Virus record (IMG/VR): IMGVR_UViG_3300020045_012956
Span: 1 to 64,000 of that record
Strand: one strand, 5' to 3'
Length of the DNA: 64,000 bases
Origin: a virus
Lineage: Duplodnaviria > Heunggongvirae > Uroviricota > Caudoviricetes
Shown one piece after another: positions 25,272-34,609 of this stretch (within the stretch, counting starts at the first letter, position 1; the number at the start of each line of letters is the position of its first letter). The notes below the pieces were generated by a model. The model did no database searches and was not told where the DNA came from. It saw only the letters and a program-made list of their open reading frames with translations. A program made the position numbers and the translations under genes.

Positions 25272-25554
25272 TGAAAATGATTTGAAATTCGAATCAAATA
25301 ATCAATATGATAGTTTAAGTGCTGGTCATTGGTGCAGAAAATACAATTTATCAAATCATATAATTAATTTAGATCACGTTATTTCTATTAAAAAAACTAT
25401 GTTTGGTAAAAGATTTGAAGATACCCAAGTTTTAATTTTTAGAATTAATTTTGAGACAATGAAAGAAACAGAATATTTATATTTTGATAGTGAAAAAAGT
25501 AGAGATGAGTATTATGATATGTTGCAAAGAATATCAATATTACCAATAATTTAG
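25237..25554 (+). CDS. hypothetical protein
   Basis: 105 aa, overlapping the upstream gene by 35 nt. Confidence 0.3.
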   Translation: MNLITHPTPKSNENDLKFESNNQYDSLSAGHWCRKYNLSNHIINLDHVISIKKTMFGKRFEDTQVLIFRINFETMKETEYLYFDSEKSRDEYYDMLQRISILPII

Positions 25555-25559
25555 AAAAA

Positions 25560-25910
25560 ATGAATAGAGAAGTATTTGAATTTATTTTTGTATTTGTAAT
25601 TCAGATGTATATTGCGCATTGGTGTTATAATAAGCTTTTTTTGGGAGAAAATGCTGTTTATAAAAGAGTTGATATTCCAATTGAAAAGAAAAAAATATTA
25701 TTCAATCAAGAAGAAAGAAAAGAAATAATAAAAGACACTGATAAAGGGCGCGAATTGAATTCTAGATTCAGAATTGTAAGATCAATAAAAAGTTTTAGTA
25801 GAAAATTCTTAAACCCAATTTTGAATAAAATTAACAAATTATTAGTATTTTTATATTTAGATCGTGTTTTGGATAAAATTGGTAGATTATTTAAATTATT
25901 AGGTATTTAA
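25560..25910 (+). CDS. hypothetical protein
   Basis: 116 aa. Confidence 0.3.
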   Translation: MNREVFEFIFVFVIQMYIAHWCYNKLFLGENAVYKRVDIPIEKKKILFNQEERKEIIKDTDKGRELNSRFRIVRSIKSFSRKFLNPILNKINKLLVFLYLDRVLDKIGRLFKLLGI

Positions 25911-25946
25911 TTTAATATTTTTCATTCATTTAGTTTAATTGAGTTT

Positions 25947-25977
25947 AACCCTTTCAGAGATGGAAGGGTTTTATTTT
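25947..25977 (+). terminator. rho-independent terminator
   Basis: Hairpin aaccctt-tcagagatgg-aagggtt followed by 'ttatttt'. Confidence 0.5.
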
Positions 25978-26046
25978 GTAAAATTATTTAGTTGTAAATG
26001 AGTAAGTTACACAAAATTTGTAAAAATAATTAACTAGTTTTGTGTT

Positions 26047-26074
26047 TTGTATTACAGAAAGTACTAACTTTGTA
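26047..26074 (+). promoter_or_regulatory. early promoter (conserved family)
   Basis: ttgtattacagaaagtactaactttgta. Confidence 0.5.
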
Positions 26075-26097
26075 GCAAGAAATAAGAGAAAAAGAAA

Positions 26098-26268
26098 ATG
26101 GAAAATTTAAGTAAAGAAACAATCGCAACAATGGCAATCGATATGACAATCATGGATGCAATCGAAAAAGGATTTATCAAAACTAAAGAAGATATGATTA
26201 GTTACATGGAATCTGAAACATTCGAAAAAGCTTGTAAATCTTATATTCAAATAATCGAAAATAAATAA
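26098..26268 (+). CDS. small protein (56 aa), not in the ORF track
   Basis: MENLSKETIATMAIDMTIMDAIEKGFIKTKEDMISYMESETFEKACKSYIQIIENK, just downstream of the early promoter. Confidence 0.3.
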   Translation: MENLSKETIATMAIDMTIMDAIEKGFIKTKEDMISYMESETFEKACKSYIQIIENK

Positions 26269-26320
26269 TCAAAGAGTTTGCAGATCTCTAAAACTGCATT
26301 AAATTTAACTCAATAATAAA

Positions 26321-26473
26321 ATGAATAAAATCTATAAAATAAAAAGAAGGCGTTATTTATATAAATTGATAGGGTTGTGTAGTTTTTGTGGTTGGCATTC
26401 AGGCTGCAATTCTGCATATAGATTAAAAGAAAAAAGAAACTGGAAAGAATACCGTAAAACTCAATATAAATAA
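26321..26473 (+). CDS. small Cys-containing basic protein (50 aa), not in the ORF track
   Basis: MNKIYKIKRRRYLYKLIGLCSFCGWHSGCNSAYRLKEKRNWKEYRKTQYK with a CxxC...C motif. Confidence 0.25.
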   Translation: MNKIYKIKRRRYLYKLIGLCSFCGWHSGCNSAYRLKEKRNWKEYRKTQYK

Positions 26474-26474
26474 A

Positions 26475-26687
26475 ATGGAAAATTTAGTAAGAAAATCACA
26501 ATCATTAACAGAATTAGTTGAAAGAAAAAGAATAATTAAAAATGCAATTATTGACCATAAACTAGAAAATGAATTAGATGCAATTGAAAGAAAAATGTTG
26601 AAAAACGAATATCAATTGATAAATCTAGAATTTGAATTAATTGATTTAGAGTTGAAAAGAGACGCAATTATAGCAACATCAAAATGA
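26475..26687 (+). CDS. small coiled-coil protein
   Basis: 70 aa. Confidence 0.3.
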   Translation: MENLVRKSQSLTELVERKRIIKNAIIDHKLENELDAIERKMLKNEYQLINLEFELIDLELKRDAIIATSK

Positions 26688-27019
26688 AAATTTATTATAT
26701 TATCGTATTTTCGCTTTTTTGTTTTTCTGTTATTTCTTTTTGCATATACAAAATGTATGGAGAATATCAAGAAGATAATAATAAACTACCAACTTACAGA
26801 ATAGTTGAAAGGAAATTATTAAATGAAAATACAGTTTATCAAGTTCAATATAGAGTATTTTTAGAGTGGAAAAAATTATATAGTTATGAATTCGATACTT
26901 TAGAAATTGCAAAAAAGTTTGTTGAACAAAGGATAAAACAAGAGTTGGAAGATTATTCTAAAAAAACATCAATTAAAGAAACTATTGTATTACAAAGTAA
27001 AAAAATAAGAATCAAATGA
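26684..27019 (+). CDS. N-terminal TM protein
   Basis: Begins 'MKIYYIIVFSLFCFSVISFCIY'. Confidence 0.3.
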   Translation: MKIYYIIVFSLFCFSVISFCIYKMYGEYQEDNNKLPTYRIVERKLLNENTVYQVQYRVFLEWKKLYSYEFDTLEIAKKFVEQRIKQELEDYSKKTSIKETIVLQSKKIRIK

Positions 27020-27288
27020 AACTGTTTAGACTGCAAAATAATGAGATTCTAGAGCTTAGAATTATCAAGCAAACAAATACTACTATTCGCTACATTGACA
27101 GGCAAAGCGGGGAACCTATAACAGAATATAGAACCTCAAAAAGTATACAATGGTTTGATAGTTACGAGGCTGCAAATGAATGTAGAAAAGAATTGATTAT
27201 CAAAGAAATTGATAAGATTGTATCAAATATATTTGAGTTAAACCAACAATTAAAAGAAAAAAAAGAATTACTTAATCAATTAAAATAA
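27016..27288 (+). CDS. hypothetical protein
   Basis: 90 aa. Confidence 0.3.
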   Translation: MKLFRLQNNEILELRIIKQTNTTIRYIDRQSGEPITEYRTSKSIQWFDSYEAANECRKELIIKEIDKIVSNIFELNQQLKEKKELLNQLK

Positions 27289-27587
27289 TGAAAATAAAAG
27301 AATTTAATAAAAATCTTAATATAATAACAACTAAAGGTTTTTTAGATAAAAACAAGTTGAATTTACTTTCAAATCAAACTAAAACAGATATTGTTTATTT
27401 TATTATTAAAAAAAATATGCAAATATGGAAAGATTTAATTCCTGAAAACTTTGATAAAAGTATTTTTAATTCTTTAGGATATATTCATGAAACGGTTGGT
27501 AAGTTTGGATATGTTTTTATACATAGAGAATCTCATAAAATAATAATTGATAAAAAAAGTAACCCAAATGCAAATATACGCCCTTAG
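27288..27587 (+). CDS. hypothetical protein
   Basis: 99 aa. Confidence 0.3.
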   Translation: MKIKEFNKNLNIITTKGFLDKNKLNLLSNQTKTDIVYFIIKKNMQIWKDLIPENFDKSIFNSLGYIHETVGKFGYVFIHRESHKIIIDKKSNPNANIRP

Positions 27588-27615
27588 GGGCTATTTGCCA
27601 GCTTAAAAAAAGAAT

Positions 27616-27870
27616 ATGAACGAAAAATATAATAACTTGTTTGAACACATGTTTGAACAACATAATCTAAATTTAGATGAATCACAAATGGAACAAATTA
27701 TGTTAATTTGTGATAAGATTGTAGATAAAAAGCAAATGAAAATCAATATCACTATTGATAGTGATCTTTTATCTGATACGGTACATGTTAAACTTAACAT
27801 TGAAAGTAAATTAAGCAAAATAGAATCAATAGGAGCTATTGAATTAGTTAAAAATAACTTGCTAAAATAG
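27616..27870 (+). CDS. hypothetical acidic protein
   Basis: 84 aa with normal composition; preferred over the overlapping antisense ORF 27603-27932. Confidence 0.35.
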   Translation: MNEKYNNLFEHMFEQHNLNLDESQMEQIMLICDKIVDKKQMKINITIDSDLLSDTVHVKLNIESKLSKIESIGAIELVKNNLLK

Positions 27871-27946
27871 ATAGGATTTTTTGTAAAAAAATACGTAAAA
27901 AAAAGAAACGTTATTAAATTACGTTTACTCATTTTGATGCTAAAAA

Positions 27947-28201
27947 AATGCTGCTAAAAGCGAACATACATAATAAATAGAAAAATAGCATTAAATTTCT
28001 GATTATCAATTAATTAAGTCAAAAATTATGCTGCTATAGTGGCACAATATTAACAATACAAGCATCATAATTATGCTGCTATAGTTGCATAATATTTTTA
28101 ACCATTTATAAACATTTGTAAAATGCAAATAATGTTAATAAATTATGTTAAAATAAATATTCTTTTTTATTTGCACAATATGCAATTGTGCAGTATATTT
28201 G
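27947..28201 (+). promoter_or_regulatory. repeat-rich control region: ATGCTGCTA-type direct repeats, an inverted-repeat operator and a -7 box
   Basis: Direct repeats 'aattatgctgctatagtggcacaatatt' (28024) and 'aattatgctgctatagttgcataatatt' (28067), plus 'aaatgctgctaaaag' (27947). The inverted repeat gcacaat-atgca-attgtgc (28173-28191) sits next to the 'tatatttg' -7 box at 28194-28201. Confidence 0.45.
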
Positions 28202-28205
28202 CATC

Positions 28206-28640
28206 ATGGCTACAAAAAGATTTTTCTTTGAAAAAGAAGAGACTGTAATAACCAAAAGTAAAACTAAAGGTTATATTGATCTCGAAATGGATTTTACCCA
28301 ATTATATCATAATGTATTTAATTTTCTTAAAGATGTTGATGACAAATGGGCTATAATTTATGTAATGTGGGTTATTCCTAAGGCTAATAAATATGGCTAT
28401 ATTAGGCACTCAAAAGAGTTTATGCAAGAATTTATAAACTCTTTTGATAAAGATAAAGTTTCAGTACCTTCAATTAGAACAGTTCAGGATGCAATTACAA
28501 AATTAGTAAAACATCAAGTATTAATTAAACATGGTTATTCTGATTATCAATTGAATTCTGAAATATTTTGGAGTGGAACCATGAAAGAAAGGAAAGAAGA
28601 CATTGAATATTTAATTTCAGAAAATAAACTATTAAAATAA
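28206..28640 (+). CDS. winged-helix DNA-binding protein (initiator/regulator candidate)
   Basis: Start at 'MATKRFFFEKEE'. 'SIRTVQDAITKLVKHQVLIK' is wHTH-like. It lies directly downstream of the repeat-rich control region. Confidence 0.35.
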   Translation: MATKRFFFEKEETVITKSKTKGYIDLEMDFTQLYHNVFNFLKDVDDKWAIIYVMWVIPKANKYGYIRHSKEFMQEFINSFDKDKVSVPSIRTVQDAITKLVKHQVLIKHGYSDYQLNSEIFWSGTMKERKEDIEYLISENKLLK

Positions 28641-28641
28641 A

Positions 28642-29271
28642 ATGGTATATTTAATTTATAATAAAAATAATAAAACTTGTAAAATAGGACATTCAAAGAA
28701 TCCTAAAAAAAGATTAATTGATTTACAAGTTTCAAGTTCTGATACTTTAGAATTACTTTTTACTAAAGAGGGTGGATCGTTTGAAGAATCTTTATTACAT
28801 GAAAAATACAAAGATTATTTAATTAGAGGCGAATGGTTTAATTATATTCCTGAAATGTCAATTGATTTTAATGGTTATAAATTGAATATAGAATATGTTA
28901 GATTTTATTATGAAAATATAATTGAACAAAAAAGATTCCCTAGTGAAAGGGAAATTGAATTGTTAAGCTTATTAATAAGCAAAATGAAATTTGCAACTAT
29001 AGATATATACATAAATACATCTTTAGTTAAAGATTTAGCAGATAAAATGAATGTTACAACTAGAACAATTTATAATTGTATTGATTCATTGATAAAAAAA
29101 GATTTCATTTACAACCCTTTTCAACATAAATATTTATTAAATCCTAATTATGTTTTTAATGGTCCTGAAGATGATAGAATTAAGGCGTTAAATTCTATAG
29201 TTAAGCTATATAGCGAATTAAAAAATAAAGAAGATATTGAAAATTTAAGTTTAGAAATAGAAAATAAATAA
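28642..29271 (+). CDS. T5orf172-domain (GIY-YIG-like) protein with a C-terminal HTH
   Basis: 'VYLIYNKNNKTCKIGHSKNPKKRLIDLQ...GEWF' matches the T5orf172/MUG113 signature. The C-terminal 'TTRTIYNCIDSLIKKDFI' is an HTH. Confidence 0.5.
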   Translation: MVYLIYNKNNKTCKIGHSKNPKKRLIDLQVSSSDTLELLFTKEGGSFEESLLHEKYKDYLIRGEWFNYIPEMSIDFNGYKLNIEYVRFYYENIIEQKRFPSEREIELLSLLISKMKFATIDIYINTSLVKDLADKMNVTTRTIYNCIDSLIKKDFIYNPFQHKYLLNPNYVFNGPEDDRIKALNSIVKLYSELKNKEDIENLSLEIENK

Positions 29272-29272
29272 A

Positions 29273-29494
29273 ATGAAAAATTCAGAAATATTGCAAAAAA
29301 TAAAAAGTGTAAAATATTGTATGATTGCACATCCTGACAATATAAAAGATTCAGAATTTGAAGATAGAATTGAAGATTTACAAGAAATTGAAGACTTTTT
29401 AAGTAAAGGAGTTTCTATTCAAGTTGTAAATAACTTTAAGGAACCTAAAAATATAATCAATATTGAAACTAATAATTCAGATATATATCTATAA
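29273..29494 (+). CDS. small acidic protein upstream of the HigA-like gene
   Basis: 73 aa; not RelE-like by composition. Confidence 0.3.
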   Translation: MKNSEILQKIKSVKYCMIAHPDNIKDSEFEDRIEDLQEIEDFLSKGVSIQVVNNFKEPKNIINIETNNSDIYL

Positions 29495-29503
29495 TAAATT
29501 AAA

Positions 29504-29836
29504 ATGATACCTTACGAAGCGACCCACCCGACTGAATTAATTAAACTAGAATTAGAAGCTAGAAAAGATTTAACTAGACTTCAAGTTTATTACTTAAATC
29601 AATTGATAAAAGACAAAACTGATATAAAAATATATCACGCAATTGTTTTAGAAGAAATGTTAGGAATTCAAGTTGACTTTTGGATTAACTTGCAAAAACA
29701 ATATGAAATTGATTCTAGATTAATCAAAATAAAACGACAAGAAAAGCAAGATTTAACAGACTACTTTTATTTGCATCACAATTTAACCCTAACAGATACA
29801 CAAATACAAGAAATAATTAATTTAATTATAAAATGA
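29504..29836 (+). CDS. HigA/VapI-family HTH protein (antitoxin-like)
   Basis: 'ATHPTELIKLEL' (HPGE-like) and 'FWINLQKQYEID' (FWLNLQ..YDL) flank an HTH core. Confidence 0.5.
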   Translation: MIPYEATHPTELIKLELEARKDLTRLQVYYLNQLIKDKTDIKIYHAIVLEEMLGIQVDFWINLQKQYEIDSRLIKIKRQEKQDLTDYFYLHHNLTLTDTQIQEIINLIIK

Positions 29837-30207
29837 CAAAAGAAACATTAACATTTATAGAGGAAAAAGTACGTAGAATAGTTCAATTAGAAAACTTATA
29901 TCATGAATTTGATATTGAATTGACTAATACTCAAATAGAAAATAACGAACTAAGAAAAAAAATTGAAGACCTTAAAAAGGAAATTGGTAAACTTGTTATA
30001 CTAGATAAAAATAATATACCAATCAAAGATAAAGTAAAAGTTACATTTGATATTGATGTAGATATTATTGAAGAAAATGGTATGTTAACAATAGTGAATG
30101 AAGAACTAAATATTTCAGGATATGGACATGACATTATAGAAGCAACAGTTTCTTTTCAAACTATTTTTGAATGTACTTGTATTGATTTACTAAAAAGAAT
30201 ACAATAA
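29833..30207 (+). CDS. hypothetical coiled-coil protein
   Basis: 124 aa. Confidence 0.3.
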   Translation: MTKETLTFIEEKVRRIVQLENLYHEFDIELTNTQIENNELRKKIEDLKKEIGKLVILDKNNIPIKDKVKVTFDIDVDIIEENGMLTIVNEELNISGYGHDIIEATVSFQTIFECTCIDLLKRIQ

Positions 30208-30209
30208 AA

Positions 30210-30797
30210 ATGATTTACCACAGTGCACTAACAAAGGAAATTGAGACAAACGAATTAAACTCATTCGAAATAAACAACTCAACAGTTTTCCAAAACGATA
30301 TTTCTAAATGCTATTTACCACCCATTTACGAAACATGTGATTTGATTTACATGGAATTAGCTTGGAAAAGTGGTATTAAAGAATTTAACAAAAGAAGTAA
30401 AGCAAAAGTACAATTCAACGAATATGCAAAAGCTATTTGCAAAATGATTGAAGAGTTTCAAAAGCCTATTTTCTTAATAACTGGTTTTTGTGATGTTGGT
30501 AGTTATCCAATACCTGACAATGTCCTTAAAACGACTCTAAACGGTTCAGAATGTGCAATATTAATTTATCATTTTGATGTTAATTTTGATTCTAATTTCA
30601 CATTTGAGTTAAAAAATAATTCAGATATATTATTAAATTGGTTATCAAATCATTATCAATTCAAAACAGTTGGTGACTTGAATTGTGGTTATGGTAAAGT
30701 AGGATTGAAATTTTATAACATGGGTAAAAACTTTGTTATGAGTGACTATAATAAAAAATGTATTTACAAAGTAAAAGAATTGATACAACCGTTTTAA
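30210..30797 (+). CDS. hypothetical protein
   Basis: 195 aa. Confidence 0.3.
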   Translation: MIYHSALTKEIETNELNSFEINNSTVFQNDISKCYLPPIYETCDLIYMELAWKSGIKEFNKRSKAKVQFNEYAKAICKMIEEFQKPIFLITGFCDVGSYPIPDNVLKTTLNGSECAILIYHFDVNFDSNFTFELKNNSDILLNWLSNHYQFKTVGDLNCGYGKVGLKFYNMGKNFVMSDYNKKCIYKVKELIQPF

Positions 30798-30799
30798 TT

Positions 30800-31051
30800 A
30801 TGGCAAAGAAAGAATATAAAAATTACTTATCAATGGACAGTATTAGCTATACTCCAAAGGATAAAAGAAAAGAAAATGAATTAAAAGGATATTTAGTTTT
30901 ATTAGATTCTAGAGAATTGATTTTTGTTAGAGGTGAAACTGTAGAATCTGTTTGTGATATTATTGAAGAAAAGTACCCAAATAATAAATATTTCCTAAAC
31001 GCCTATGTTAGTTTTGATTGTTCACATATAAACGAAATTAAAGTTTTATGA
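30800..31051 (+). CDS. hypothetical protein
   Basis: Start moved to the ATG at 30800 (MAKKEYKNY), just after the upstream stop. Confidence 0.3.
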   Translation: MAKKEYKNYLSMDSISYTPKDKRKENELKGYLVLLDSRELIFVRGETVESVCDIIEEKYPNNKYFLNAYVSFDCSHINEIKVL

Positions 31052-31103
31052 TATATTTTTAGCTTCTTTACTTTCAATTGTAAAATATTACTAAATTTGC
31101 AAC

Positions 31104-31943
31104 ATGACTGAGTTTGAAAAATTATTACTTGAAAAAGAATCACTTGTTGAAAATGTTATTGATGCAATAACTAATTCAAGTGATAACGCATCTATTGAAT
31201 TACTTGCAATCATTACAGATATTCTAAACCAAGTAAGCGAAAAGGGAAAAATAAAATGGAATATAAAGACCGTAAACGCCCTATCTAATATTAGTTTGAT
31301 GTTAGATAAGGCTTTTGCTAAAACGGACTTCAAAAAGCTTACAAATGGATTTGTGAGGGATTTCAACGCAATAGTAGAATTAAACGCAGGCTTACAAAAA
31401 AGCTTAAACAATATTGATGTAAAAACAAAGTTATTCTACGATTATGCAGAAGTGCAAAGTGAGTTTGTTAAAACTAATCTATTGAAAAATATTTCAGAAG
31501 TTCCAAGTTTTGGACAGAAACTAAAAGATATACTTTTGAATGCTGCTATTTCAAATCAAAGTTTATCCACAACTGCAAAAGAAGTGGGGGAGTTTTTAGG
31601 AACTGGTAAAAATGCAAATCAACTAACAAAATATACAATTCAAGTAACAAGGGACGCTTTAATGCAATTTGACGGACAACTAAACGCAAATATAGCGCAA
31701 TCTTACGGCTTAAATGCAATTAGGTATGTAGGAAACACTGTTAAAGATTCACGGCCTCAATGTGTTAGATGGGTAGGAATGGAGATAATACCAATTAAGG
31801 ACCTGCAAAAGGAAATAAATTGGGCTTATAGAAACGGTAGGGGAATGATACCAAATACAACACCTGCAAACTTTTATATATATGAAGGTGGATTCAATTG
31901 TTTACACTCAGCAATTCCTACTAATATGAAAATCGATAAGTAA
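31104..31943 (+). CDS. hypothetical protein
   Basis: 279 aa, preceded by 'TACTAAATTTGCAACATG'. Confidence 0.35.
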   Translation: MTEFEKLLLEKESLVENVIDAITNSSDNASIELLAIITDILNQVSEKGKIKWNIKTVNALSNISLMLDKAFAKTDFKKLTNGFVRDFNAIVELNAGLQKSLNNIDVKTKLFYDYAEVQSEFVKTNLLKNISEVPSFGQKLKDILLNAAISNQSLSTTAKEVGEFLGTGKNANQLTKYTIQVTRDALMQFDGQLNANIAQSYGLNAIRYVGNTVKDSRPQCVRWVGMEIIPIKDLQKEINWAYRNGRGMIPNTTPANFYIYEGGFNCLHSAIPTNMKIDK

Positions 31944-31958
31944 TTAAATTAAATAAGA

Positions 31959-32303
31959 ATGATAACAGAAATTAAAGAAGTTTACAAGTGTGAATATTGC
32001 AGAAAATTGTATCAAATAAAAAGATTTGCAATTTATCATGAAAGTATTTGTAAGAAAAACCCTGAAAATTATAGAGTTTGTTTTGGTTGTAAATTTTTGG
32101 TTAAAAAAGAGGTTACAATTAAAGATGATCACCCTGTTATGGGTGAAACTGAATATAATAGAGATTTGCTTTTTTGCACTAGTAAAAATATATTTTTACA
32201 CCCTCCAATAGTTGAGCACAAAGGAAACGCATATGAATTAGGAGATGAATTAAATGAACCTATGCCAGATGAATGCGAGTTATATAAAAATGAATATGAT
32301 TAA
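31959..32303 (+). CDS. C2H2-like zinc-finger protein
   Basis: 'YKCEYCRKLYQIKRFAIYHESIC' (C-x2-C...H-x3-C) and 'CFGCKF'. Confidence 0.35.
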   Translation: MITEIKEVYKCEYCRKLYQIKRFAIYHESICKKNPENYRVCFGCKFLVKKEVTIKDDHPVMGETEYNRDLLFCTSKNIFLHPPIVEHKGNAYELGDELNEPMPDECELYKNEYD

Positions 32304-32312
32304 GTAATTAAA

Positions 32313-32346
32313 AAACCGTTAGTATTATTCTAACGGTTTTCTTTTA
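32313..32346. terminator. bidirectional terminator between convergent genes
   Basis: Hairpin aaaccgttag-tattattc-taacggtttt flanked by A-runs and T-runs. Confidence 0.55.
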
Positions 32347-32517
32347 TATATCAATATGACTTTCTTTTGTTGCTTGGCTCCCTTTTATACCCTCTTTTGC
32401 TGGTTTAGGCTTCATTATTTGCCTTAATTTGTCTATTGTAACATCATTATCACAATAAATAATAGTTAATCTACAACCACAATAATCCCGTTTACATTGT
32501 TTGTTTATTTTATACAT
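32344..32517 (-). CDS. small Cys-containing protein (minus strand)
   Basis: Preferred start at 32517, overlapping the upstream stop (CATG). Contains 'CKRDYCGC'. Confidence 0.3.
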   Translation of the reverse strand: MYKINKQCKRDYCGCRLTIIYCDNDVTIDKLRQIMKPKPAKEGIKGSQATKESHIDI

Positions 32518-32812
32518 GACATTCTTGTAAATAATCGTTATAAGCTTCTCTATCTGTTTGTTGGTAATCTTTCCAACTTTCCCACTCTTCAAAAGTGTTT
32601 TCATTTTCTTCTAAATCATTTAACGAATCACAAAGTTCAATAAATTCTTTAGATTCCATTCTTAAATCTAAAATGTCTAAAATTGAACTTTCTAGTAAAG
32701 CTGCTGATTCTGAATAATTGCCTTGTAATTTTTTCAGTTCTACTATTAAATCATTTGTACTTAATGATTCTAGTTTTGAAGTTGCTATTTGCTTAAATTG
32801 TGTCTTTGTCAT
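32510..32812 (-). CDS. acidic hypothetical protein (minus strand)
   Basis: 100 aa with normal composition. Divergent promoter region at 32813-32950. Confidence 0.35.
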   Translation of the reverse strand: MTKTQFKQIATSKLESLSTNDLIVELKKLQGNYSESAALLESSILDILDLRMESKEFIELCDSLNDLEENENTFEEWESWKDYQQTDREAYNDYLQECHV

Positions 32813-32951
32813 TTTCTTATTCCTTTTGATTATGTCACAAATTTAGTGACTTTTGTAATACACTCAACAAAAAATGTAAATTATTTTTACAAGTTTTGTT
32901 TAACTAATTGATTATTAGTGAGAATAATTTTTATTTTTCTTATTTTGCTTT

Positions 32952-32979
32952 TTGTATTACAGAAAACATTAACTTTGCA
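32952..32979 (+). promoter_or_regulatory. early promoter (conserved family)
   Basis: ttgtattacagaaaacattaactttgca. Confidence 0.5.
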
Positions 32980-32993
32980 AAAAAAAAAGAATT

Positions 32994-33521
32994 ATGCTAA
33001 TAGATAAAAAGAAACAAGAAAAAAAAGAATTTGACTTTTCAGATTCGAATTACAATTATATTATAACTGTAATTGCATCAGATTTAGAAAATGCTAAATT
33101 AGAATTATTACAAAATAACTTTGATGTTTCTAATATTGATTTTTCTAAAACATTAGAAATTTCTAGTATATATGGAGTTAAATTTAATGAATTGGAAATT
33201 GAAGCTAGATTAAACTTTATTAAAGAAACTTTATTAGAAGTATTTCAAAATCATGCTAATATAAATTTCAATATTGCATTTAATGAAATGAGTCAAAAAA
33301 ATGCACATTATAACGAAGCTTTTATAATTGCAAAAGAATTAATTCAAAAAGAGTTTTCTATTCCTTTGCCTTCTAATAGAATGAGTGAATCAAAAGAGGA
33401 TAGAGAAAAATTTGATAGAATCAAAGATAAGTTATTAGAATTGTGTAACGCTAGAGGTTCTGATAAGTTTAGATATTTTGAAAAAACTATTGTATATTGT
33501 TTAAGAGAAATTATAAGATAA
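32994..33521 (+). CDS. hypothetical protein
   Basis: 175 aa. Confidence 0.35.
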   Translation: MLIDKKKQEKKEFDFSDSNYNYIITVIASDLENAKLELLQNNFDVSNIDFSKTLEISSIYGVKFNELEIEARLNFIKETLLEVFQNHANINFNIAFNEMSQKNAHYNEAFIIAKELIQKEFSIPLPSNRMSESKEDREKFDRIKDKLLELCNARGSDKFRYFEKTIVYCLREIIR

Positions 33522-33904
33522 TGGTAAAAATAGAAGAAATTAGAGTAGGAAACTGGATTAGTATGCAACACTACGAAGGTACAGAATTAAAGTCAATTGA
33601 TACGCAAGTAACAGTAAATAATATTGAACGCTTGGTTAATAACGCAGATTCAATGATGTTAAAAGGGATTGACATAACAGAAGAAAGATTATTGAATCTT
33701 GGATTTGAAAAGAATAAAAATAGTCATAAAGATAGAATTGCATTCAATATGAATTTCGGTTCTATAAAAATTGACTATATTTTCTTAAAATATACTAACT
33801 CCTTATATATCACTATTGATAATTATATTAGACTTGACAACATAAAATACATACATCAATTACAAAATTTAATACACTCACTTACACAAACACAAATACA
33901 ATGA
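33497..33904 (+). CDS. hypothetical protein
   Basis: 135 aa. Confidence 0.3.
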   Translation: MFKRNYKIMVKIEEIRVGNWISMQHYEGTELKSIDTQVTVNNIERLVNNADSMMLKGIDITEERLLNLGFEKNKNSHKDRIAFNMNFGSIKIDYIFLKYTNSLYITIDNYIRLDNIKYIHQLQNLIHSLTQTQIQ

Positions 33905-34578
33905 AAAAAATATTAAAATTTCTAGAAAGTAAAATTCTTTTGATACAAGAATTAGAATCAAAAATTACAGAACTTGAAATAAAATTAAGCGGTTCGTATA
34001 ATAAAATATATGAATTAGAATCCGAAATTGAATCAAAAAGTTTTGATAGACTTGATTTATTTAATGAAAAAACTACTCTAAAAACAGAATTAGAAAACGC
34101 TATTAAATCTGTTGAATCTCAAAATGAAAGGATTTCAAAGCTTATAATTTGGGGTAATGATAACGAAGCTAAAAATAAGATTCTAGAACAAGAAAACAAA
34201 GATTTAGTTTTATCAAATGAAATTAACTATAATAAAATAGTTGAATATCAAACTGAAATTTCAAACTTGAAAAAAATAATTGAATTAAGTGGTACAGTTA
34301 TAAAAGACTTATCAAATAAAGAAATTGATAAAATTGCAGAATTAAAAATAAAACTATCTGAATTTTTCAAAGACTTGTTAATCGAAGAGGATTTAGAAGA
34401 TTTATTAGATAAATTTGATTATGAAGATTTATTAGAATTAGATGAAAAAGAAATAAATGCAAGTACTTTAATTTCTGGATTTCTAATATGGGGTGGAATG
34501 AAAAAAGAAAGTGAATATTGGTGTGAAATTCATGATAAAATAAATGACATGAAAAACGAACCAATATTCACTATATAA
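33901..34578 (+). CDS. coiled-coil protein
   Basis: 225 aa, highly Glu/Lys/Leu heptad-rich. Confidence 0.35.
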   Translation: MKKILKFLESKILLIQELESKITELEIKLSGSYNKIYELESEIESKSFDRLDLFNEKTTLKTELENAIKSVESQNERISKLIIWGNDNEAKNKILEQENKDLVLSNEINYNKIVEYQTEISNLKKIIELSGTVIKDLSNKEIDKIAELKIKLSEFFKDLLIEEDLEDLLDKFDYEDLLELDEKEINASTLISGFLIWGGMKKESEYWCEIHDKINDMKNEPIFTI

Positions 34579-34609
34579 ACTAAATATGAGCGTTTTAAGC
34601 TCCTATTTT

